Shown one piece after another: positions 37,438 through 51,368 of a stretch of DNA of 64,000 nt. Below the pieces are notes generated by a model. The model was given only the letters and a program-made list of their open reading frames with translations, was not told the DNA's origin and made no database searches. The translations under genes and the position numbers were made by a program. Position 1 is the stretch's first letter. Every line of letters starts with the position of its first letter. The DNA comes from Antedon mediterranea (taxonomy: Eukaryota; Animalia; Echinodermata): the NCBI RefSeq assembly GCF_964355755.1, contig NC_092678.1, positions 3,612,422 to 3,676,421 on the forward strand, given 5' to 3'.

Positions 37438-40400
37438 GTTGCAAACCGGGACATTCTTTGTAAGTCTTAACAGAAAAGATGAACTCAGAGGATCTGACAA
37501 TGCCCCACTATCATCATTTGACATTGTGTCAGGAGATAGAATATTTGTGATTGAAAGAGACAAAAGGAAAAGAGAGAAAGAAAAACCTGGAAAATCCAAA
37601 GCAATGAGTCAAAGAGAACCAACACCAACAAAAACATGTAAACCTTCAAATTCAGAATCAGAACATGCCTCCACTTCGGGCACAGCAACAGCAGGACTGT
37701 CCAATGATAAACAACAGCCTGAACGACCAGTAAAAGCTGAAGAACAATTTGAATGCATTTCCTTGGAGCCAATGGTGATAAGAGACTCTACAGATGATAA
37801 AATACCACTAAGGTTGAGAACTCTTCTGGAGAAAGAGATGCCGCAAAATGAACAAGAAGTTCTAATATTGATTTGCCACATTCTACTCCTTGAAACTGGT
37901 TTTAATATCAAAGTAAGTTGTTATCAGATTACCTCAGACATCACTTCTTTTCTTGGGAAAAAATGTCTCATCAATCCATCTGAAGCTCCACTTTCACAAT
38001 TTTTTTTCTGTCAGAACATTTCATTAGAACACTCGTTTTCATTAGAACAACATCCAAGTATTCATTCATTCTTTCAATCTTTTATTTCTGAATCTCTGGT
38101 CCATAGAAAGTAAAATTACATATAAATTTAGTTAGTGAGTGAGTGAATGGCAGAGCGGTTAAGACAGTCGGAACAGTAATACGTAGCCATAACATCGGCA
38201 AGGGTTCGAGGCTCACTCGATCCTTGGTTCTGGTGGTACTGTAGAACGAGTTTTCTCAGATAAGGACCATAAACTGTAGGTCCAGTGTACACATCTGTCT
38301 CATGTGCACTTTCGAGACGACTTGGGGGTTACGCCGGTGTACACACAGTCACTGTCGCATACTTATCATATATATACAGTACACTGGGCCCTCTGGGACG
38401 AACAGTCTTAGACTGAAGAGGCTACCCAGTTTAAAGAATAAATAATTAATTAATTAATTAAAAATAAACAAGCCTGTACTAATTATTACTACTCATCTCA
38501 CGATGGCATTCCACCTTGAGATCGAGCATCTTTGACTTATAAAGACTATAATTTTTTAGACTAAAACATTTACACATGAATTGAATCAACACATCAGGCC
38601 ATAATTTTCTTAAATTCATAAAAAGAAGGGATTCTACATTCCATAATCATGAGGCTGGCACTACAATATCGAGGCCTTTGCAACAACATTCTAAAACCCA
38701 TTATTGTAGCATACCTGGCAAGATCGCAAGGTACTCTGATTATAGTTGAAATGAATTGAAATATTTTATTTATACTGACTGACTGATCTCCCAGAGGGCC
38801 CAGTTATGATCAGTGGCTGTGATGTACTAATACACCAGGGGTACGAGGTTCGTTAAAGTGCACATGAGCTAGATGTGTGTATAGTCCTTATCCGAGAAGA
38901 CTCGTTCTACCACCAGAACCATGGAGTGAGTCAGCCTCGAACCCCTGCCAATGTTTGTTATGGCTACTTAATTACGGTTCCACTGTCTTAACCGCTCGGC
39001 CACACACTCATTGTAGCACAATTATACATGTGTTCCTGCAACTTTATTGTACTGTACGTTTAGTATGATCTTTTTCAAATTTTTCTTTCTCGTTCTAAGG
39101 TTAAAGGTGATACAGGGAATGACGACCCTACATTACTGGATACAAGGAACAAAGGATCTTACAGTCTTACGTATTCTCATGATTATTGTGAGCAATCCAC
39201 AGTGACCATAGTGTTTGTTCCAATGTCCAGTATGCTGGTTGCACATGGTAAGTAAACTTATATAACTTACTTAAAAGCCTATTCTTTAATTTAAGACTCG
39301 TCATTGTTACAGAGAATGTCTGCTAGCAAAAATGAAATGATAGAATGTAGTATGGTATCATCATTTGAATCATCCAGGCTCCATTACAAAATGATGCAGA
39401 TCCTGAGATGATCTGATAACGGTGTTTTTTTTGTGTGTGTTAGCCTTTTTATTTAAACTTGTTTTTTCTAATGCGATGCAATTGGACTATGGACGTACGT
39501 ATCCGAATTAAAGTAAAATAAATGAATGAATAATTAATAAGCATTACAGTAGCAATGACAAGGTTTTCATACTTACTCATAAGTATACCACTTTTTTTAT
39601 TCTTAAATTTATTTAGCCAAATTGACGGGCACGAGTGGTGCTGTTTCACCTCTGCAACTGCAGTTTACTGATTACATTGGAAACGTTGTACAAGGTAAAT
39701 TTGGTGTTTTTTTATTAATAATTTACACAGAGAAGCGTTTACCAAAAAAGAACATTCATATAAAATAACAATTACATTAACTGAAACATATGATGACTTG
39801 TACCTGCTTTTGATTTACACTCAGTAATATATGTAATTTTATTTTTCGGATAAAAAATTAAAAAACAAAACATAAGACATAAGATATACTTTATTATCTC
39901 CAAACAGAAGAAATTACAGGAGCTTCACAAACAACAAGATTTATATAAAAAGAACAGAATAAAAACCAGCAAACCAGTCAAAAGTACAACCGGTTTTGTA
40001 CAAGCTGCCCACCTCGAGAACTCGCAAAATAGTATAGTAATTGTTTTATTATCTCCTTTTTAAATTATAGGGTATCCCTCCACATGGAAACATTTGTCAT
40101 CCTTATCCCAGATATTTAAGGATAATTTTGCTCTGCCGATTTTAGCAGCTATGAGACAAAGTAAGTTATCTTTATTGGGTTTTTACACACTAGGTATAAA
40201 AACAAAATTGGTAATTGCTGGTTATAAAACAGAATAACAATAACAACATATTAAAAGTTCAAGAAATATAGAAAACTCACAATAAGTAAAAGATAGAATG
40301 TAATTTGAAATCAACATTTCTATACACTAAAAGCCCTGTTTTCGATTCTAAAAACACAAGATGTTTTTAAATTATTGACATACTATTGTTTTTTTTTTAG

Positions 40401-43400
40401 ACCTCAACTTACCAGTGTTATACGGATTTCTTGCCCTTATGCCCGAGATACAGGTAATCAAAATTGGTAATTTCTTGGAAATAATAAAGTGAAAATGTTA
40501 CAATTCAATGTTTAAATTTGTATCTGGACAACTACCCCCTGGACAACTACTCCCCGAACAACTACAACCCAGACAATCACCCCTAGGACAACTACTCTCT
40601 AGGACAACTACCCGCTTAAGACAACTACCACCCAGACAACTACATCCTAGGAGAACTGCCCAATAGGACAACTACCCCCTAGGACAACCACACCTCTAAA
40701 ATAACTACACCTTAGGCTTTTCATGTATTTTTTTTTTTTAATAATAAATTATATTACACTTTGATTAATACGATCTTGTCAAAATTACTGATCTTCAAAA
40801 CATAGGAAGAGAGATTGATCTTATGTAAGCTTTTGAATCTGTTCTTTGACAAACGAGAATCAATAACGCTCCAAATTACCTTAAAACATATTTATTCTTG
40901 CGTGACATGAAGGTGCTATATAGAAATCTAGGAATATACAGTTTACCTATCTGCACCAGTCAGTTGAAAATCATATAAAAAATCAGTAATATGGAATATT
41001 TGGCTGTTACTACTGTACTTCATAGAGGAACTTTAATTGAATAATTATACCCATGATGTGTTTATGTCTATCTTGAACATTTCTACTTATTTTAGTTTCT
41101 TCGTATTCTACAGCTAAGAACCTCCAAATTTGGTTTGGATTTTTAAAAAAGCCTACAATATTAATTAATTGATTACATTAGACAATTTGAAAATCAATCT
41201 CTCTCTCTCTTTCAACAGGTTCATAATTTCCTTAGTCTTCCTAATTGTTAAAACATAGCTAACTGTGCCAATTGAGGAAATCGTTTTCAGGTTGTGTCAT
41301 ACACATTGTTTGTCCTAGAAGTTTTCTTTTAAATAAATATCGCTACAGTTATTACAAAATAGACTAGATATGTAAGTTACATATATTGATATAAGACCGG
41401 TAGAATATGTTAATAAATATCATGTCAAATATTGTAAAATGCATAGTGTGGTACACCGTTCATGTAGTCCACTCCTCACACACAATTTGATTTACAATTG
41501 GCACCAACAAAAGCAGCTTGTTAATTTAGTTACCAATTGTAGTTGTCCAGGGTATAACTTTCCTAAGCTGTAGTTGTACTAAAGGGGTAGTTGTACTAAA
41601 GGTGTAATTGTCCTAGTGGGTAGTTGTACTAGTGGGTAGTTGTCCTAGCGGGTAGTTGTCCTAGCGGGTAGTTGTACCAGCGGGTAGTTGTAGTAGCGGG
41701 TAGTTGTCCTAGCGGGTAGTTGTCCTAGCGGGTAGTTGTACTAGCGGGTAGTTGTACTAGCGGGTAGTTGTCCTAGCGGGTAGTTGTCCTAGCGGGTAGT
41801 TGTCCTAGCGGGTAGTTGTACTAGCGGGTAGTTGTACTAGCGGGTAGTTGTACTAGCGGGTAGTTGTACTAGCGGGTAGTTGTACTAGCGGGTAGTTGTC
41901 CTAGCGGGTAGTTGTCCTAGCGGGTAGTTGTCCTAGCGGGTAGTTGTACTAGCGGGTAATTGTCCTAGAGGGTAGTTGTACTAGTGGGTAGTTGTCCTAG
42001 AGGGTAGTTGTCCTAGAGGGTAGTTGTACTAGCGGGTAGTTGTACTAGCGGGTAATTGTCCTAGAGGGTAGTTGTACTAGTGGGTAGTTGTACTAGTGGG
42101 TAGTTGTACTAGAGGGTAGTTGTACTAGAGGGTAGTTGTCCTAGAGGGTAGTTGTCCTAGCGGGTAGTTGTCTTAGCGGGTAGTTGTACTAGCGGGTAGT
42201 TGTACTAGCGGGCAGTTGTCCTAGCGGGCAGTTGTCCTAGCGGGCAGTTGTCCTAGCGGGCAGTTGTCCTAGCGGGCAGTTGTCCTAGCGGGCAGTTGTC
42301 CTAGCGGGCAGTTGTCCTAGCGGGCAGTTGTCCTAGCGGGCAGTTGTCCTAGCGGGCAGTTGTCCTAGCGGGCAGTTGTCCTAGCGGGCAGTTGTCCTAG
42401 CGGGCAGTTGTCCTAGCGGGTAGTTGTACTAGAGGGTAGTTGTACTAGCGGGTAGTTGTCCTAGAGGGTAGTTGTACTAGCGGGTAGTTGTACTAGCGGG
42501 TAGTTGTACTAGCGGGTAGTTGTCCTAGAGGGTAGTTGTACTAGCGGGTAGTTGTACTAGCGGGTAGTTGTACTAGAGGGTAGTTGTCCTAAGGGGGTAG
42601 TTGTACTAGCGGGTAGTTGTACTAGAGGGTAATTGTACTAGAGGGTAGTTGTACTAGTGGGTAGTTGTCCTAGAGGGTAGTTGTACTAGCGGGTAGTTGT
42701 ACTAGAGGGTAGTTGTCCTAAGGGGGTAGTTGTACTAGCGGGTAGTTGTACTAGAGGGTAGTTGTACTAGCGGGTAGTTGTCCTAGAGGGTAGTTGTACT
42801 AGCGGGTAGTTGTACTAGAGGGTAGTTGTCCTAAGGGGGTAGTTGTACTAGCGGGTAGTTGTCCTAAGGGGGTAGTTGTCCTAGAGGGTAGTTGTACTAG
42901 TGGGTAGTTGTACTAGAGGGTAGTTGTACTAGTGGGTAGTTGTACTAGCGGGTAGTTGTACTAGCGGGTAGTTGTACTAGCGGGTGGTTGTCCTAGAGTG
43001 TAGTTGTACTAGCGGGTAGTTGTACTAGCGGGTAGTTGTCCTAGCGGGTAGTTGTCCTAGCGGGTAGTTGTAATGAGCGGTAGTTGTACTAAGCGGTAGT
43101 TGTACTAAGGAGTAGTTGTCTTAAGGGGTAGTTGTCCTACAGTAAGCAGTAGTTGTCCTAAGGAGGTAGTTGTCCTAAGAGGGTAGTTGTCCTAAGAGGT
43201 AGTTGTCCTAAGAGGTAGTTGTCCTAAGAGGGTAGTTGTCCTAAGAGGTAGTTGTCCTAAGAGGTAGTTGTCCTAAGGGGGTAGTAGTTGTCCTAAGGGG
43301 GTAGTAGTTGTCCTAGGGAATAGTTGTCCTAGAAGGGTCCAGGAAGTAATTGTCTGGGTAGTTCCAGGGGGTAGTTGTCCTAGACTCGTTTGAATTGAAA

Positions 43401-46400
43401 GCCTAAATAAAATAGATGGGAGCTTTGATGTATAGTCTGTCGTTATTATTTTGAACCTAAAAACTAACAAAAATGAGGAATGAATGTTTGCGTACAATAA
43501 ATTAACAAGACCTTTCTTGTGCCTTGATCGTTGCAAATTTTGTAAGTTTTAATGCTGATTTTATACTGTTTATTTTGGTTTTTTTTATTTTGTTAATTGT
43601 TTTTTACTATGTTTATCTACAGCTCAAGATTCTCAGTTTTCTCAATGTACGTGATCTGATGTCATTATCTTCTGTCTGCAAACACCTGCATAGTCTTTCT
43701 AATGACAGTGCCCTCTGGAGAAGATTAGCCATAAAAGACTTCAGTTTGAGAAAAAACAAGGACACAAATTGGAAAAGGGTAAATAGAATTATAAATTATA
43801 ATTGACCACTAAAACATTTACTTTAAAAAAAATTTCCATCAATATAATTATGTTTACCTTCCATATTTAGGTCTATATTCAAAATTATCATTACAAACTT
43901 GAAATGGAGAGGAGAAGACGAATGAAATTACATCAAGATTACCCAGTGCAAGTGGTACCTCCTAGTTTTGGTTTGGTACCGCAATATCCACAACCTTTTC
44001 CTAATGCTTTTCCAGGAATCAGGTAAACAAACATTTCCACTATAGTTTTTTTAGATATTATCAATTATAAACTGGGTCCATGTGTGCGTGTGCAAACTAC
44101 TGCAACAATACCAGCTACAGTCAAACTACAAGGCATAGGCTTATGGCCAATTAGCCGTTCACATCCAAATAGTCTAGAACAGTAACACTACTTAATTGTT
44201 ATAATAACGTACATAGTACTCCCACGTATCTCTAGCAGGAATAAAAAAACTATCTACTATTAGATAATAAGCGAGATTTCTCGCAAACAATTCTTAACAA
44301 CCAAAACTAAACATTCACGCCCCCGAAATGTTCGAAATCGGAAACAAATTAACATGATTCACAGTACAAGGATTTCGAAAAATAATAACCACAACAAAAG
44401 TGAATCTTGATTTAAATACAGTAGTAAATGTTCACAAGTCAAATCGATAGTTACGTTGTAATCAAAGCATTCTTATTTAGAAGAAAACCCATGGTTAAGT
44501 TCTCCCACAGTTGCAATCATACATAGCTTTATGTACAGGCCTTTTCTTTATCCACTACACCTACACACCGACATGGTCATACATTAGACTTGCTGATCAC
44601 TCATTCATCTGATCCTCCTGTTTTCTCAAACCTTAATGTCATTGATGGTATATCAGATCACTATGCAATCACATGTAACCTCAAGAAGCCGCCCGTAATC
44701 ACCAAATCCATCAAAACTCGTCATTGGAGTGCTATAAATTTTAAAACATGTAAGGATATCACACAGTCTGATCTCGGAATGTCGCTCTCAAATCTTGTTT
44801 TATTAAGTAAAATATGACTATATGCCACCACTTTGAGTGAACTTCTTGACAAACACACACCCCCAAAAAAGAGAACAGTAGAGGTCCGACCAAACACTAG
44901 TTGGTATAACAATGATGTCTAGGCTGAGAAATGAACGTAAGCTTGAAGAGAAATGGAGAATCTGGAAATAGATCTTCAAGCTTACAGTGCACAGAAATAT
45001 TCCATGGTAAGGAAGGCCAAAGCCAACTACAACATTGGCTTGTATGTAGAACATGCAGCAGATCAAAAAGGACTTTTTAAAATTGTTAACCAACTCCTTT
45101 ATCATTGTCAGGTATCACTTCTCCCAGATAGTCATTCTCACTTAGATCTTGCGAACAGTTTTTCACAGATTACTTGAAAACTGATGACATGTCTTTTGAT
45201 TAGCCTGTGACAGCTGTTCACCAGCATCTCAAGATGATGATGATGAAATCACCAACAAAATCATGCAGGTTAGATCCAGTTGAACTGAAAATTGCTCACG
45301 TCCTTTAATAAAAAAGCAAACTTAGATCATATCACGCTGAAAAATTACCACCCGGTGTTGAACCTTCTTTTCTTGGAAGACTCTGGAGCGTGTACTGACA
45401 TCACACATTACTTTATATCTTCAAGAGCATAATTTAAATGAGAATTATCAGTCAGCATATCGTGCATGTCATAGCAAGGAGAGTACCCTTTTAAAGAAGA
45501 TTACAGAATGATTTATTACAAGGAATGAATGATGGGAAAATAATGTATTGGTGTTGTTGGATTTGTCATAATGGTGTTGCTCTTAACTGGTTCCAGTCAT
45601 ATCTTACAGGAAGACGTCAGCTAATCTGTATCAATGATGCATTCTCAGATGAAGCTTGCCTGGAATAGGGATCAGTAATTGGGCCTGGCCAGTTTTCCAT
45701 TTATACGCTTCCTCTTGGTGACGACATTCGCAAACACAGTCTACATTTCCATTTCTATGCAGATGATTTACAGTATGTGTCAGTAAATCCAGGGATGTTT
45801 ATCAGACCGAGTTTATCATCGTCAGGTCTAAATGCAACATATCCAAAATCAACATCACACATATCGGAATCGGAAACTCTAATATTGCTCCCTCATCGGT
45901 GGTCCGGAATCTGGGAATCATGCTGAATGGAAGAACAAATAACAGCTGAATCTAAAGCAGCATGTATATCGATCAGGAACCTTGGTCGTATTCGCAGTAA
46001 TCTTAACAATTAAACAGCTGAATTGATTGAACACTCATTTGTCACTTCTAAAATTAACAAGCCTTGTTGTATGACATACCAAAATCTCAAATACAACGTT
46101 TGCAGCCCTTGCAAAATATGGCAGCTAGAATTGCGACTTACACAAAATCGAATGCTCACTGTTCTGATGGATTTGCATTGGTTGCTGTTCAACAACGTAT
46201 TAAGTATAAATGACAGCGCTCTAGCATACTTGTGGATCGTTATGAATCATCCCGAAGAGACCTACGATCATTGTTACGTAACCTTCTTTCAGTAGTGTGA
46301 CCAGTTTCAAACCAACCTGAACACTTTGCTATTTGCTGATGTACTCGCACGTTGTTAATGCACAAAGTGCTGGCCCTATATTGTTGTCTACATGTTGTCC

Positions 46401-49400
46401 ATGTGGAAAAAGAATATCATTACCATTAATTGGCATTGATCCAAATGGTTCAGGCCCAACCTGGGAACAATGGCCGTGAGTTTATAAGATATGTTTACTT
46501 CACTCAAAATAGTCTGCCATTCAAGAGCACTAAAACGGCAATGGTGGTAATCGCCTAGGGCGTCCAGACCTTTACGGCAACTCCTTATATTTTAATCCAA
46601 TTTCTCAACTTCTTCTGAGTGCCTACAAAATTGCAGCCATGGTCACTAAAAGCGGTTACTGGGTGGATCCTCCACGAGCAGACAAATCGTCTCCAAGCAT
46701 TAATGATAAAGAATTCACCAATTCCAATGAGATAACTCATGTGGTCATGCAGGTCACTATCAGAATTTTGCCTTCAGTATTGGTATTACGAGTGGAATTG
46801 ATAGAATTTGGTCCAAAGAAATCAAGAGCTACGCTAAAAAAGGGTGGTGTATGTGGATCACCTCTAAAACTGGGAAGTTCTCCTATGTCGGGTTCGACAG
46901 AACATACATTTGTCAGCAATATCTTTGAACAATTTAGGTCCTCCGAGTATGTAAATTCAATGTTTAAATATGCTTGCAACGGCCACTCGGTATCCCTGAT
47001 GACCAATCGTCTTATGAATATATTTGGCAAACAACTCTACCAGAAACGATCCTCTAAGAAGAAGAATTGACTCCTTTTGTTGTTCAGGGATATGAAGCTT
47101 CCTTCAACCACTCTCGTTGTTGTACTCTAAGCATCCAAATGATCGTTACCAGTGCACTGACAAACGTAGAAGAGTAACAATTCAGCATTTTGCAATTCAA
47201 AAAGGGGGTTTTTTGATCAATTTTCAAAATGAATTGACGACAGTATGCAATTCAGTGAAGCAGCCAAGTCCAGTTTGACACGGTGTTGATCAACAGGTCT
47301 TCAAATGTAGGCCTACATCTGACAAAGCTGTAACATAATTTGTTCTATGTAGAGACTCGTTGTGTACTTTTTTACGACCATTTGTTTTAATGCCGTGGTT
47401 AGGATTCCGGCACCGGAATTCAACTGCCCACCGATATTGCGCATGCGAAGTAATTATAGCTTGCACACACTACGCCAAGAGTCGGAGTAAATTAATAATT
47501 AAAATACGACTACGCCACGCGTTAAAATAATGATTATGATATTTGATATGAATCAGTATCTATCTAAGAATCATCAACAAATCAACTTGCATGTTATTAC
47601 AGCATGGAGGCTAATTTTATACCTCCATGATTACAGTATAATGCGTTATATGAAATCTTTTATTTTGTACTTAAAAAATCATAAAACTAGTCATTTTTAA
47701 TTCATAATTATATGAAGTTTATATATGAATGAAGCAACCACTTTTTTAATTACGAAATAAATAGGCCCACTGGTCACATCTAGCTGGTAAGCCTACTAGT
47801 ATTAGTTAGTAGGCATCTAGGCTAGTTCGCCGTGGGCGCAGCTATTAAATGATCCATCGCTGTTAGTCTGTACGTAGATAGCTGAGTCGCCGATTACCTC
47901 GCTCTGGGGCATGCGCAATAGTGTGTCGGATTCCCTAACGCTGGGCAGTTGAGTTCCGGTGCCGGAATCCTAACCACGGCGTTGTTTTAATGCTGTGTCA
48001 TAATCGAGTTCATTGGTTAGAACTTTGACAAAGAAAATATGGCCCTTCAATCCATTTCTGAAGGTCACTTGGGTATATTGGCTTGGTTAACTGATCCGCT
48101 TGATTGACGTTAGAAAGGATATAACATAAGGTGAGTGATCTAACCCAAACAGGACAACTCCAAGTACCAGTTTAGCATGTCGAGCCATTATAACAACCGC
48201 AGTCTATAGTCTTGGAATTGATCTTTTCTTTATCGGTGCATTTGCTAAACAAATGTCAATGTAACTCCTCGTAGGGTAACCCAAACACAGCCAGATAACA
48301 TAACCAAATGCAGCCTCACTAGCGTCACTGAAACAGTGTAACTGAGGGTACTCAATAGAATCCTCAGGTGTTAGCTGGCGTGAGAAAGAGAAACTTGATG
48401 ATATGGAGACGAGGGGTGTGATTAGGCGGACAGACAAACCAACAGAGTGGGTCAACAGCCTAGTGTTGGTTGAGGAACGAGATGGATCCTTGAGGTTGTG
48501 TTTGGATTCGCGTGATCATATGATACCAACCGCTAAGAACGTAGTGAGTCAGCTGTCAGGTAATACACTGTATTTGACCAGAAAGATGCGCAGATATATG
48601 TACATTCAATACTCCCTTCGGACGTACAGTTTTCTAAGAACGGCAATTGGTATCTACAGTGCTAGTGGGATGTTGCAGAAACAAAACCAGCAAATATTTT
48701 TTGTCATATACCTACTATAATGTACACATAATATTTGATGATATGATTATTGCTACAGGTAGTGAAGCAGAGCACAATGTAAACAATACAGATGGATACG
48801 GCTAAAGTGAACAATGCCAAATTCAGCGGAAGCAAGCTGAAGTATAAGTATAGGTCTGACTTACATTGTATAATGGGAATGTTAAACTATCTCTCACAAT
48901 TCATACCTTATTTGTCCAGAGTAAGTGCGCCTCTCCAGGAATTACTCAAGAAAGACGTCGCATGGTTCCGGGGTCCAGAACAAGCAGAATCCTTGAGACA
49001 GTTATAGGTATTGATTAGTAGCAAAACAGAAACCAACCATTATCCAATGTGATGCATCATCCCCAGGGTTTAGAAGTTTGCCTGTAGGTCGTTAACATTA
49101 GCCAAAGTTTATCACTCACAAATAGAAAAGGAGATGTTGGCGATTTGCTTTTCTGTACACAAACACCACCTATATATATAGTCGACCTGTTGAAGTTCAA
49201 ACTGATCACAAATCACTTGAAACAATCACACATAGACCACTACTTAAAGCTAGTCGTAGAATACAACAAATGTTGCTCAAATTAATAAAGTATGAACTTG
49301 ATGTTAAGTATGTTCCTGGAACGTATACGTACATAGCTGATGCTTTCAGTAGAGCATATCCTGATACGGTAGATTGTGATGCCTAACCCCTTGAACTTTT

Positions 49401-51368
49401 GAAGTACAATGCATAGTCTAGACGAAATATTGCCCATGAGTAAAGCTAAACAGGCAGATGTGGTACTCTAATCATGCAAAGCATAGATGGGGTGCACCGG
49501 AGCAAGTTAGGCAGTATTGGCATCTTTGTGATGAGATACATGAAATTGATGGTCTTGTGTTCTTAGGTTTTGGTACGCAGAGTAAGTGGACTACTGGAGA
49601 AACACCATCTTTCAATTTGATGTCATAAGAATCTTGATATTTACCTAAACCTGTGTATGGGGTAGTTGTACTATGGGGTAGTTTTCCAGGGGGTAGTTGT
49701 CCTAGACCCCATCTTTATAACTATAGGTTAGTTTTAGAATGATATACTTTAATGTTCTCATGTCCTAGTAACGTTCTAAATGTCTCGAGAGGTATGCAGT
49801 TAGCACATGCTCCTGTGTCAAGCTTCATCTTTAACACATCATAGAACCAAACGTTCTATTACTGTTATCTTTTAGAATGTCAATATAAAATTGTATGTAC
49901 AACTCTTCCATGTCCACGACCGCATCCTCGTCTGTGATGATGATGATTCATCGTAGCATGTTTTACCATACGCTGGACAATGACGAAGTAGATGTGAAGA
50001 ACCCCACCTGCTTCATTTAACTTTGGCTGCACCCGCAAATCTCTGATGATTCTGTTGATTTGGTTTTGCTCAATGCATAAACCTTCGGCTTACAGTCACT
50101 TGCAACACTGGCCATTTCAAGCTTGCGTCATTCAATGTATCACAGTATCAAGTGTAGCGTTTCCATCATCGCACAAAACTTTCATCTTCATATCTGGATT
50201 TGTTGCAGAAAGCTTGTCACGAACTGTGCTGTCTTGATCCACAAACTCATCCAGACCCTCCGGGTCCAATATGACCTTAGCCTACAAGAGCATTAAGCGT
50301 AAAGTTGTTGTAAATATCTAAGCCACACCCTTCCAATGTAGTAATTACAATTGTTACCTTTATTTCACTACTTTTACGTCACTGCCGGTCGCTTTCAGGA
50401 AAAATGTGAATCACTGTTTCCACCTTTTCCAAGCATCAGATACACTAGTACCATCAAAATCAAAGGGCTAAGGCAGCTTAAATATCAACGGGTAACAAAA
50501 TAACGGTATGTGACAGTGACCCCCGGATGTTGTGACATCATCATATGGCCACCGGAATTGAAAATGAAAAATTACACATTTTAAAATGCGCACATCGCGT
50601 AAATAGTTTGACAAGAGTTTTAACTAAATCATATGGCCACACAATTTTTAAGTAGGTGTTTGTTGTTTGTTACTAGTTAATTAAATGTAATACAGCGCAT
50701 CCCGCTTATTTGAATCAAGTATCTTTCATAATTTCTGTTTAAACTGATGATCTGTGGACCTCATATTTCTCTTCCTTGTTAATAGGGACTTTATAAAACA
50801 CGGCGGTTAGGGAAGGACGACAAATATCCTGTGTTCGCTATAGTGTAAAATCATATACAGTCAACATAGCCGTTTAATTAGTTAAGCACCCTTGCACAAA
50901 GACGACGACAGGCGGTATATCTCTCCGATCCCTTCCCTGTCTTGTCTTGGTTCTGGGCCTAACCTTCCTAGCATGCAAACGCCGCTTTTAACACAGCCAT
51001 TTTAACCCAATTAAAATGTTATTTCATTAAAATTGAACTTCAAATATTATTTAGAGTTTTTAAAATTCCATGTTTAAGTGTAATTTGAAAATGTCGAGTA
51101 TGTGTATTATCATGTTTTGAATGTGCCACTACGCTTTTTTTCTTTTATTTTCAGAGGAGGAGACTATGATCTAGATCCATTTTCACAATCGCCAACCAGT
51201 CTGTTCAACCCACGAGGTATCGGAAGTTTACCAAATTCAGGACCTCTACCTGGTGCAAGATTTGACCCATTAAATCCATTTAGAGATCCATCTAACAGAC
51301 CCGGAAGAGGTGGTGGACTCCGCGATAACTACCATAATCGGTTGAACTTTGGGGGTGGGTTTTTCTGA
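37438..51368 (+). CDS. FBXO7: F-box only protein 7 (Ubl - FP/PI31-like - F-box - Pro-rich); 5' coding exon not located
   Basis: Exons 37438-37912, 39100-39247, 39617-39694, 40071-40160, 40401-40453, 43623-43778, 43871-44022, 51155-51368 splice in frame. Ubl end [23 protein letters not shown]; FP domain [28 protein letters not shown]; F-box [41 protein letters not shown]; C-terminal PGIRGGDYDL and PGARFDP. Confidence 0.92.
38135..38440 (+). mobile_element. tRNA-derived SINE with Deu/Nin-like body
   Basis: A box TGGCAGAGCGG, B box GGTTCGAGGC, body ..tctcagataaggaccataaactgtaggtcc..gtgcactt.., AT-rich tail. Confidence 0.75.
38770..39010 (-). mobile_element. tRNA-derived SINE, inverted relative to 38135-38440
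   Basis: Reverse complement begins gagtgtgtggccgagcggttaagacagtggaaccgtaat..ggggttcgaggc. Confidence 0.78.
40520..43390. mobile_element. Foldback-like element with tandem-repeat arms (left arm 40520-40715; expanded right arm 41535-43390)
   Basis: Left arm (GGACAACTACCC..)n is the reverse complement of the right-arm unit; the same right terminus GGGGTAGTTGTCCTAGAC recurs at ~49690-49710. Confidence 0.65.
41600..43330. repeat. 16-bp satellite (CTAG[C/A/T]GGGTAGTTGT[A/C])n, about 100 copies
   Basis: Directly visible array, with a homogeneous GGGCAG variant block at ~42210-42415. Confidence 0.95.
44540..46290 (+). mobile_element. Degraded L2-like LINE in a FBXO7 intron
   Basis: [51 protein letters not shown]. 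Confidence 0.75.
46300..48370 (-). mobile_element. BEL/Pao LTR retrotransposon remnant (RNase H - integrase)
   Basis: [25 protein letters not shown] and [26 protein letters not shown]. Confidence 0.8.
47391..47981. mobile_element. MULE-like MITE with ~39-bp TIRs and 9-bp TSD, inserted in the Pao remnant
   Basis: ttgttttaa|TGCCGTGGTTAGGATTCCGGCACCGGAA ... TTCCGGTGCCGGAATCCTAACCACGGCG|ttgttttaa. Confidence 0.88.
48375..49570 (+). mobile_element. Ty3/Gypsy pol remnant (RT - RNase H)
   Basis: [67 protein letters not shown]. Confidence 0.82.
49830..50560 (-). mobile_element. Ty3/Gypsy gag remnant, inverted relative to the pol piece
   Basis: Minus strand [31 protein letters not shown], then KQVGFF and Cys/His remnants. 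Confidence 0.55.

Noticed and set aside
41600-43330. Repeat array as a CRISPR or telomeric array
   Set aside because: No unique spacers, the 16-bp unit is not TTAGGG-like, and the context is a eukaryotic intron.
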